Source: Octopus bimaculoides (lineage: Eukaryota). From it: a stretch of DNA of 38,798 bases. Numbering within the stretch: the stretch's first letter is position 1; each line of letters begins with the position of its first letter. Shown here piece by piece: positions 23,450 through 33,450 of the stretch. The notes under the pieces were generated by a model. That model worked only from the letters and a program-made list of their open reading frames with translations, had not been told where the DNA came from and did no database searches. The position numbers and the translations under genes are program-made. Location of the stretch: NCBI RefSeq assembly GCF_001194135.2, contig NC_068993.1, positions 45,854,680 through 45,893,477 on the forward strand. The letters are read 5' to 3'.

Positions 23450-24960
23450 ATCTTTGGTCACACATCTGTGAACTCTTCAGCGACACTTTTTGTTTTCGTG
23501 TATGATCTTGCTCCACTTATTCCATTCTGTCCTTTTAAGGTGTGTATACTTATGGGCGTGGAGGTGCAATGACCCAGTGGTTAGGGCAGCGGACTCGCGG
23601 TCATAGGATCGCGGTTTCGATTCCCAGACCGGTCGTTGTGAGTGTTTATTGAGCGAAAACACCTAAAGCTCCACGAGGCTCAGGCAGGGGATGGTGGCGA
23701 ACCCTGCTGTACTTTTTCACCACAACTTTCTCTCACTCTTACTTCCTGTTTCTGTTGTAATTCAAGGGGTCAGCCTTGTCACACTGTGTCACGCTGAATC
23801 TCCCCGAGAACTACGTTAAGGGTACACGTGTCTGTGGAAAGCGCAGCCACTTGAACGTTAATTTCACGAGCAGGTTGTTCCGTTGGTCGGATCAACTGGA
23901 ACCCTCGACGTTGTAAGCGACGGAGTGACAACACACACAACACTTATGTGCGCATGTCTTTATGTCCTTGCTTGTGTGTGCCTGTGTGTCTATGTGTGTG
24001 TGTCTACTTGTGTATGTATCATAGTTTTTAGCAGCAGTATGGCCTTCCCGTCAGCAGCTCCTTCTTCTCACCCCATTGTGTTGCTGCTGTTCTAAGACAC
24101 GAAAACATGGTACAGTTCCTGTATTCTTCTGCGTATGTTTGTTCGCCCACGTTGTTGCCATCGTGGTGGTTGTTGTCATTGCTATGGTTGTCACCGCCGA
24201 TGCTGCTGTCGTTGTTAATCGTATTGACATTGTTGTGGCCATCCATGAAATTTCTTGTGTGCGTATTTGTGTGTGTGTATAGGATAGTGTCCAATTAAAC
24301 ATACAGAGTAATACACGCACAATAGGCATATATGCACTTATCTGTGATGCTTATGAGAAATAGAGATATATGTATAAAAAATATATATATAAATATATAA
24401 GCAAACATATATATATATAAATACATTTGTCACATATCTGGGATAATATAATATACAGATATAGAAAAAATTAAAAAAAGACATAAATCTATATAAAAGG
24501 TATGGATACATAAAAAATACGTAGCGAACTCATACACACCCACAAGAAATATCTCGGACGGCCACAACGATGTCAAAAACACAATTAACAGCGATAGCAG
24601 CAGCGGCGGTGACAGCGATTGCAATATCAACAACAATAACTACCACGATGGCAACTGTACCATATTTTCGGGTTTTATGATAGCAACAACGCAATGGGGT
24701 GAGAGGATTGGGGCTGCTGAGGGAAGGCCACACTGCTGCTACAAACTATGATACATACACAAGCATACACACACACATACAGACATACGCACACGCAAAC
24801 ACACACACACACGCACTCACTCACTCACACACATACACACAGAAACAGACATGCGCATTTAAAGATAAACACCTCAGTAGAACAGAACGGAGTAAGTGGA
24901 GCAACAACATACACGAAAACGAAAAGTGTCACTGAGAGGTCACAGACGCGTGATGAAAAA
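23450..24960. repeat. Old inverted duplication: left arm 23450-24290 (SINE-interrupted), right arm 24525-24960, ~230-bp spacer
   Basis: RC of 24875-24960 aligns to 23450-23550 (gacactttt(c)gttttcgtgtatg..ttgctccactta); RC of 24530-24760 aligns to 24005-24290 (tgtatgtatcatagttt..gcagcagt.tggccttcc..tctcaccccattg..atggtacagtt..gccatcgtggt..gtcaccgccg). Confidence 0.85.
23555..23941 (+). mobile_element. SINE family D, full length, 7-bp TSD ACTTATG
   Basis: A box tgacccagtgg, B box gtttcgattccc; tail shared with family C; ACTTATG at 23548-23554 and 23942-23948. Confidence 0.9.
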
Positions 24961-25199
24961 TGTTCGAACAACTATTTAGTCGATTATATTGACCTCAGTA
25001 CTTGCTCTGTCACATATTTTATTTGGATATGTACATGTATAAACAAGGACATGAAAGACTTGGACATGAATATATAGACAGGACGATAAACCTATGTATA
25101 CGCACACACATATATGGGGTAAATAGACAGATAAAAATCTATTTAAGCAAAGAGTTAGGTAAACATATACATACGCATAGATACACATATGTAGATAGT

Positions 25200-25255
25200 T
25201 AGACAGAAAGGTAAATAAATAGGTAGATAGATTGATAGATAGATAGATAGAAAGG

Positions 25256-25310
<55 letters not shown>

Positions 25311-25315
25311 GTAGG

Positions 25316-25388
<73 letters not shown>
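25200..25388. repeat. (GATA)n microsatellite
   Basis: Directly visible. Confidence 0.95.
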
Positions 25389-26313
25389 CAACATCCATAT
25401 AAGCAAATAGATACGAAGTTAAATATATAGGAACAGAAAGAGACTGAGAGAGAACCAGGAGGTGTAATATTTTGAATAAGTGAAGGCAAGTGTGAAAGCG
25501 TGAGATGAGAATTATCAGAGTGCATCAGAGAATTAAGAATTTTAGAACTAGAAATATTGCATACAGTCATGTCAGTTGAGAGTGCAATGTGCTTACATCA
25601 ATATATATATACATGTAGTTTGAAACTGTAACGTTTGTATTCGTATGTATTGAGTGAGATCAATCACTTGATCTTGAACGTGATCGTTAAAAGTAGACGT
25701 GACAATGAGTCGATAATTACCCATAATGCCATTTATTTCCTTCTATATTTTGCTATTGTTGCAACAGTTTAAGGTTCATGCTGATAAAGGACATGGAAGC
25801 AGGCAAACATCACGTTTGATTCACTACCACATCAGCCTATATTTGTATATTCAGTTTTCTTTTATATTGAGGTTATGTAGTATTTGTTAATATTGCGAGG
25901 GATGCTGGTACGTGTTCTTAGCAACAACTAAGTTTGCGTTTTGGTTCGATAAATAGTTGAAGAAGATACTTTTTCTTAACAAAGGGTTCTTAAACATCAC
26001 ATCCAAAAGGACACCAACCAACTGTTATTTCCATCATAGACCTTAGGTTATGAACCAACAATTGCGAAGTTCTTTATGTTGTTACTCGACCAGTTACAAA
26101 TAGCAGCCGATTCTTGCGAAAATCTCAGTCTGTATGTAATCCGTGATTTCAGCACATCTCTTTTCTTAAGTCTGTTAAGCTTGATATGATATCACCATAT
26201 CGCGCACATATAGTTGCGATGCATATTCCTGGTAGACCCTTTTCAGTATACTGGGCTTCGAACATTTTACGCTAGGATTACTTTGATCGCATGCACTGCT
26301 CTCTCACTCATTC

Positions 26314-26356
<43 letters not shown>

Positions 26357-26445
26357 GCATCACAACAAACCATAGCACATACCCAAGACACACAGAGCTG
26401 TGCTCAGTAGTGCAGTGAAAGCACGTGAAACAAATTAGACTACTT
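26357..26445 (+). mobile_element. Short 5'-truncated 3'-UTR of the Dong-type family at 27327, embedded in (TAA)n
   Basis: gcatcacaacaaaccatagcacatacccaagacacacagagctgtgctcagtagtgcagtgaaagcacg aligns to 27540-27610; (TAA)n on both sides. Confidence 0.85.
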
Positions 26446-26462
26446 AATAATAATAATAATAA

Positions 26463-26680
26463 TAATCCCTTCTATAAGAGATACAAGGCCTGAAATTTGG
26501 GGGTGGGGGATAGTAGATTACATCGACCGCCAGTACTCAACTGTTACTTAATTTATCGACCCCGAAAGGATGAAAGTTGAAGTCAACTTCGGTGCAATTT
26601 GATCTCAGAACGTAGCGATGGAGGAAATACCACTAAGCATTTCGTCCAGCGTGCTACCGATTCTACCAGCTCACCGCCTT
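26463..26680 (-). mobile_element. SINE family A, full length, flanked by (TAA)n on both sides
   Basis: aataatcccttcta...caaggcctgaaatttgg...tttatcgaccccgaaaggatgaaag...taccagctcaccgcctt. Confidence 0.9.
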
Positions 26681-26687
26681 CATCATC

Positions 26688-26783
<96 letters not shown>
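26681..26783. repeat. (CAT)3(AAT)n microsatellite running into an N gap
   Basis: Directly visible. Confidence 0.95.
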
Positions 26784-27326
26784 NNNNNNNNNNNNNNNNN
26801 NNNNNNNNNNNNNNNNNNNNNNNNNNNNNNNNNNNNNNNNNNNNNNNNNNNNNNNNNNNNNNNNNNNNNNNNNNNNNNNNNNNNNNNNNNNNNNNNNNNN
26901 NNNNNNNNNNNNNNNNNNNNNNNNNNNNNNNNNNNNNNNNNNNNNNNNNNNNNNNNNNNNNNNNNNNNNNNNNNNNNNNNNNNNNNNNNNNNNNNNNNNN
27001 NNNNNNNNNNNNNNNNNNNNNNNNNNNNNNNNNNNNNNNNNNNNNNNNNNNNNNNNNNNNNNNNNNNNNNNNNNNNNNNNNNNNNNNNNNNNNNNNNNNN
27101 NNNNNNNNNNNNNNNNNNNNNNNNNNNNNNNNNNNNNNNNNNNNNNNNNNNNNNNNNNNNNNNNNNNNNNNNNNNNNNNNNNNNNNNNNNNNNNNNNNNN
27201 NNNNNNNNNNNNNNNNNNNNNNNNNNNNNNNNNNNNNNNNNNNNNNNNNNNNNNNNNNNNNNNNNNNNNNNNNNNNNNNNNNNNNNNNNNNNNNNNNNNN
27301 NNNNNNNNNNNNNNNNNNNNNNNNNN

Positions 27327-27630
27327 AAAGACCTGGAAATAGAGATAACTCGAATGTGGAATCTAAAAACAGAAACAATTCCTATCATAGTAGGTGCCTT
27401 AGGTATAATAAAAAAATATTCAGACAAATACATAACAAAAACACCAGGACTTACAAATATATATAACATACAGAAAATTGCACTACTGGGCACTGCACAC
27501 ATTCTACGCAAAACACTTTCAATACAGTAAACATAAGAACACCACAGCAAACCACAGCACATACCCAAGGCGCACAGGGCTGCGCTCGGTAGTGAAGTGA
27601 AAGCACGTTATAAAAATAAAACTACTGAAC
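27327..27630 (+). mobile_element. Young R4/Dong-type element 3' end: intact RLE C-terminus (27327-27530) plus 3' UTR, ending in (AAT)n
   Basis: Uninterrupted frame KDLEIEITRMWNLKTETIPIIVGALGIIKKYSDKYITKTPGLTNIYNIQKIALLGTAHILRKTLSIQ*, the DL-EI-RMW / IPIIVGALG / Q-ALLGTA-ILR C-terminus of R4/Dong ORFs. Confidence 0.9.
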
Positions 27631-28219
27631 AATAATAATAATAATAATATCTTCACTAGAGTAACAGTTTTTCCTAATCTTGTTTTTTCAGGTCATGTTT
27701 ATATTTCTTTTGCCTTAGATGTCTCATCGTGAATACATGCCCATGGCTCTGCTTCATATAACATGTTAATAGTATACATTGGTGGGTAATATTTTTATTT
27801 CATTTAGATCATTACGTGCTTTTTGTAAGCAGTTCCTCAATTAAACTTTTTAATATAAAGCAGGCTTTACTCAATCTGTGATCAGGTCATCACAACACGA
27901 ACTATCACTGCTGATGAATTACCCACGTATACAAAGTATCATGCCTCTTGCATCTCCTACAATTCTCTGGTGATGGATTGTGAATATGCCATTCACTCGA
28001 GTTAAGGCGTGATTGTTAGAGCGATTCAGATTCTCGAATGTCCATATACAAGCCAAATTTTGTGGCTGCACTATCAGTTTTAACATTAGAAGTAGACCCG
28101 AAATCGGATGACGTTAGAAATTTACATATGGCAATCATGTATTCCAGTGCAATCTGTGCATCGCCGGATAAACCAGCAATACCGACAATTTTGTGGGGGC
28201 GGAAGTTAATTGTTAGATC

Positions 28220-28720
28220 TACTGCGTGACGACAAGCAAAACCTGGCAAAGGGGGCTGATCAACTCAGGAGAGTGAACGGCTACCCAACACTAACTGGGT
28301 GCTGCGGAGAAAAACATTCTAGCGATGGAGATACTCCAATCTGTGGATACCTATTTGGCGGCTAACCACTGTGACTGTGGAACCATTACGACTTGCATGG
28401 TTGAGTCCTATGTGCAGACTACTGCCTGTGAGAGTGTTACTAATAACTGCATAAGCTATTAACAGTTAAATCCTTTGAAAGCTGTCCAACGCGATAATTC
28501 AATAAGTCAAACCCTATTGGATCGATCGCTGTAAGGATGATCAATTATTGTAATGGTTGTCTCTTGTTTTGGTCCACAGTGCAACGTTTCACTACGATGC
28601 TAAAAAAGCGAGCTTTTGTTTAACTTGATGGAATGTAAGCATGCTGGGAGGCAGTAAAGACATCGACCAGAGGAGCGGCACCGCATTTGTCGAATTAGTG
28701 CTGGAAAAACAAACAACTTG
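28220..28720 (+). mobile_element. Probable 5' fragment of an RTE-clade LINE (5' UTR plus start of APE endonuclease)
   Basis: LT*WNVSMLGGSKDIDQRSGTAFVELVLEK (WNV at 28629) resembles the RTE APE N-terminus TWNVRTL..ERRTALVA-EL; upstream region is GC-richer than flanks. 5' boundary uncertain. Confidence 0.45.
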
Positions 28721-29169
28721 CAATAAAATACAAATTAAAATTTATTTCAAAACACTGCTTTTGATGATGAGAATAATGTCATTGTATCTTTTCAAGGGAA
28801 TTATTCCAGTAAATGTAATTTAATGATTTACTTAAATGTTCTCTCTGAGGCAAATATATTTATAAATCTATATGGAGGTTACAAGCAGTGTTTTGAAAAC
28901 TCAATTTATTTACACAGCATCTATTGTTACAACAACCTTCGTATAAATCACCACTATTAGTGTCCTTACCCCCTCAGCAATTTGTTTTTATTTACCCCAC
29001 TAGTTCTTATAATGTTTGTTGCTGTTTTGTTCGATTTTTCTTGGTGTCTAAAAAGCTTCGTGCGTATTCTCACTCATACAAATTATACAACCCTGAGAGA
29101 GATTAATATTGTTAACATAATCATTAGAACACGAAGTAAAATGTTTTGTGTTATTTGTTTCAAATCATT

Positions 29170-29290
29170 ACGACCTGCGTTCAAATTCTATTGCAGTTAA
29201 CTCAGTCTTTCTTCCCTGAGGGTAAGAAAAAAGCTAGGATCTGTCAGATACAGGGATCAATATAACCGATACTCCATTCCATATCCAAGA
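29170..29290 (+). mobile_element. SINE family A, highly degenerate
   Basis: gcgttcaaattctattgcagttaactcagtctttcttccctgaggg...gatcaatataaccgat. Confidence 0.5.
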
Positions 29291-29579
29291 TGATTTTGGT
29301 TTCTTTTAGTATATCATTTTTGGAACATTTTTATGCCACATATTCTCGTTTCTGATGTGGTCTTATGCAACTTTCTTTTTTTTTTTTGTATTTTGTGACC
29401 AGCATTGGCTTTTGATGCTTAGATATGACTTCTTTTTCCTATTTTTAACCTGTCAACTTAAACCCATTTTAAAACCCAAGTGCAAAGGACCGAAAAAGAT
29501 ACTGCAAGACGTCTTGCTCGACCTACTAATTGTTTCGCCAATCTCTTGCTTTGGTTCAGAACTTTGTTATGATATTCAG

Positions 29580-29697
29580 AATTATGAAAAACAAAGTTGA
29601 CTTCGGTTGAATATGAAACTCGCGCGCAGAATATCGCAACAAATACCGCAAGGTATTAATTCTATCCATTGATCTAACGACTCTGCTCATCCGCCGG
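29580..29697 (-). mobile_element. SINE family A, degenerate 5' half
   Basis: atgaaaaacaaagttgacttcggttgaat...aaataccgcaagg...ctaacgactctgctcatccgcc. Confidence 0.55.
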
Positions 29698-30641
29698 ATC
29701 TCTGGCTCGAATAGTTCCAAAAGACTGTATTCCGTTAGCAGAACCTAACAATTAGTTGATAGAAGTAAACACGGTAGTTAGATTAAGTCTATCAGTAAAT
29801 CTACCAGCCTATTTTGCAGTAGTTTTCAATTTACGTCACACTAAACCTTCGATGTTGTGTTTAGGGTTGTTGGAGCTTAAATTCATTCAGTCTATTTCAG
29901 TTTGACGTAGTGGATTCGAAAGATTGCAGTTTCTTGATTGCTATCTCTAAGTTGTTCTATTCACTTAACTTTTCAATTTATATTGCTGAAGTTGAAGTTC
30001 TTAACAGTGATATCTGGTGTATTTATAATACTATAATATATCTAATAATGAGATCAGTTTTTAATTTTAGTTTGTCGCTTCATTAGAACTCTCCATTAAA
30101 GTTCTCTATAATTTGTGTGTGTTGTATTTTATCAGTTTCATCTATTTCTACGTATTTGCATGGTTGATTCACAGTTTTAGTTAATTTGCTTCGTACTGCA
30201 GCTTTGATTTTCATGCCGCACTGATTTTTATGATTTTGGTAGAATTTATAAGGAATTTGTAGTCGGTTTTCTAACAGGATATTTACCATCTCATGTAAAA
30301 ACTTTCACATTATGAATAGAGAAGCGATGGTTAAAATTTTCTCTGTAGGATCTATAAATATTGCCGTTTTAATTCAAAAGATTTGTTAATTGAGCCAGAG
30401 CCAGGCAATTACGAAAAATGAGTCTCCATGGAAAATTCCTAATTTTATGAGTATGGAACTGGGTTGTTTTATAATTATATAATTGTTTTCCATATTGATT
30501 TGACATGAGCGATCATTTCGACAACGTTCAGACATCAAAGATTATGAAATGCTATCAATTAGTGTTCAGTAGTCAGTTTCAGTTAATTTTTTTAATCTTT
30601 TATTGTCTTCTATGTTCATTCAGTCTAACAGTGGCTGCCTA

Positions 30642-30925
30642 TACGAGGTCCGATCAATAAGTATCCGGACTGTTGCTATAAAAATCAAATTACAACACGT
30701 GCCAATTTGGCATTTAATCTCCTTCAAATTTGTCCCCTTCAAAAGTCACACACTTAATTCAGAGATGTTTACATTGATGAAAGCATTCCTGGAATTTGTT
30801 TTCTGGGATAATCAGCAGCTGCCTCATCGTTTTCACTTTGATTTCCATGACGTCCTGATTTTTGGAAAGAGGAATAAATCGCAAGCGGCGAGATCTGGGG
30901 AATACGGTAGGATTTTACAAGTCTT
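30642..30925 (-). mobile_element. Mariner transposon right end: transposase C-terminus plus TIR
   Basis: LPYSPDLAACDLFLFPKI (YSPDL motif, 30888-30904), frameshifted IPENKFQECFHQC..KCVTFEGDKFEGD*, and terminus TA-CGAGGTCCGATCAATAAGTATCCGGAC at 30642. Confidence 0.88.
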
Positions 30926-31389
30926 CCACTCTGCCACCCATCCATCGATTTCAGTCTTTGTGCCTATAATAGAAAAGATTATTATCATCATTATTATTGT
31001 TGATATTATAATTAATATTGTAGTAGTAGTTGCTAGTGTTATTATCTTCCACTGCAGAATATTGATCATATTCGAAATATTGAATATGACAAGATACCCT
31101 CATCGTGACTTCGAAGACATCATAAAGAAAATCTACATGAGCAATTATTTCTCCTCTCTTCTGACTCAAGACCAAAATCTGCATCATACATATTTGTCTA
31201 AGACACTTCCAGCTACGAAAATTATTAATATCCGAAAATCGTCGTTTGCCATTTCAAAATTATTGGTTTTATGTATGCTTTATGTATATTCGCCGCGGCA
31301 AACTTTTCCCGTGCAGACTAACTCCGACCAGTAAGCATTAAAAGGAATGTACCAATAAATTGAAAGGATAATTACCTAACCAAAAGTCT

Positions 31390-31575
31390 ATACATACATA
31401 CGTACATGCATACGTACACACATTATATATATGTATATATTTCTATATATATATATATATATATACATATATATATACATGCATACACATACACACATGC
31501 ACACACATACACACACGCACACACGCACGCACACACACACACACGCACACACACACACATACACACACACACAAG
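31390..31575. repeat. (TA)n/(CA)n microsatellite
   Basis: Directly visible. Confidence 0.95.
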
Positions 31576-32067
31576 AAATTGGATTTTTTTCCAATTTTCT
31601 CCAATCTACCGAAGACCGAAGTAGGAGAAAATCGGGCATTAGTGATATTTCAAGTTGCAGACAGAAAACCTGTTAATTTACATGAACTGGTTATGATTTT
31701 GATGGAATATCTATCAAACAAAAAGATAAAACAAAAAAATAATATGGAATGGTAGAAGGAGTATAGTGATAGTTTCAAAGATACTATCTATAAATATGAA
31801 ATGACATCAATTGCAGCAAAAATAAGGGCTTGTATTATTGGAGATTGAAGATTAGAGAATGGTGTTGGCACTTAGCCATTAAGAAGATGCCGTTTACATG
31901 GCGACGCGTAACATACTCATACATAATAGGATTCGTACATAATAAGGATTAATATATCACTGTTTAGGCCGGGTCAACGCTTAGATATATTGAACATCTC
32001 TCCCAAAGACTTATATTTATATGTATGGGTGTTTGTACACACACACACACACACAAAGAGGTATGTG

Positions 32068-32170
32068 TGTACCATGTGTGGTAAGACGCTTGCTTACCAA
32101 ACATATAGTCACTGATTCAGTCCCACTGCACGGCAAATTGATCAAGTTGTATAGCATTGGATCGACCAAT
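32068..32170 (+). mobile_element. SINE family B, 5' head fragment
   Basis: gtgtggtaagacgcttgcttaccaaacatat...gattcagtcccactgcacggca; homologous to 6161-6250. Confidence 0.7.
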
Positions 32171-32342
32171 ATATATATATATATATATATGTATNNNNNN
32201 NNNNNNNNNNNNNNNNNNNNNNNNNNNNNNNNNNTATATATATATAGAAATAGAATTCACCAAAAAAAAAATCAACAGACGAAGACAGGTAGTGTTGAAA
32301 ACAAATAGATGTATTACTATAGCGCTCGGTAATTGAGAAAGT

Positions 32343-32378
32343 CTTTAACGTTTCGAGCCTACGCTCTTCTACCGAAAG
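32343..32378 (-). ncRNA. Hammerhead-like fold with non-canonical core
   Basis: RC: CTTT-CGGTAGA-A-GAGC-gtag-GCTC-GAAAC-GTT-AAAG; stems and spacing match a minimal hammerhead but core has U4G and A6U. Confidence 0.35.
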
Positions 32379-32622
32379 GAACTCGGAAAGAAACAAGGAG
32401 AAAATGAAATATATACCTATGTTTGTATATGTATATAGATATGCATACACACACATGTATATATATACACATAACTGACTGACGTTTCGAAGTCACTGAC
32501 AATAATCTTATTTAGGAGTTATAATTTTGTGCTGAACAAATATAGAGTGTAACCTATCAGATTATCATAAATGAACATAAAAGCCAGCATTACTACACCC
32601 CCACCACACGCAGACATACACA

Positions 32623-32624
<2 letters not shown>

Positions 32625-32714
<90 letters not shown>

Positions 32715-32780
32715 NNNNNNNNNNTATATATATATATATATATATGTCAGAAGAGAGATAGAGGCAAAGAGAGCGAAAGA
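32625..32780. repeat. (TCTA)n(TC)n(TA)n(GA)n microsatellites
   Basis: Directly visible. Confidence 0.9.
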
Positions 32781-33214
32781 GAGAGAGAAAGAGGGAGTGA
32801 TGCATTTCGGTCTTTTGTAGAATTAAAACGGAAAGAGATTGTTGAAGACATTGGGATGCGTCCATTGTTGGTTGGGTTGAACAAATGGATGCAAGTATGT
32901 CTTTTAAGCCTAGTTCATATTCTATGAGTTTCTTTTACCGTAGAAGAAACCATCACTGCTATTGAGCGGTGAATTGGACAATAACATAAATCCACATAGA
33001 CATATTCACTGTTGCGTATCTATATAAACGTACGTGTCTCTTTATTTATATAAGCACCGAGAAACAGATGCCACAGACTCACACACACAACGCTGTGCAG
33101 TGGAACTGAACTCGTGGTTGCAAGTGGGCCTCTAAAACGGACAGTCATTTCTACTCCTCTGTACACATACATATACGATTATATGCACAGCTTATATTTA
33201 TTATATACACGTAT

Positions 33215-33218
33215 ACAA

Positions 33219-33300
<82 letters not shown>

Positions 33301-33450
33301 CTGTGTATTTCTGAATTATAGAGAGAGAGACAGAGAGACATAGAGACAGAGAGAGATCGAGAGAGAGAGGGAGAGTGAGATAAATAGAGAGAGAAAGATA
33401 AAGTGTGGGTGTGTGTGAGCATGTGTGCGTGCGCGCGTGTGTGTGTATCC
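33215..33450. repeat. (TA)n(TG)n(GA)n microsatellites
   Basis: Directly visible. Confidence 0.9.

Noticed and set aside
26663-27568. 301-aa minus-strand ORF
   Set aside because: Antisense shadow of the Dong RLE C-terminus plus gap and (ATT)n.
30603-31334. 243-aa plus-strand ORF
   Set aside because: Antisense of the mariner end joined to a low-complexity ATT/GTA tract; no coherent protein.
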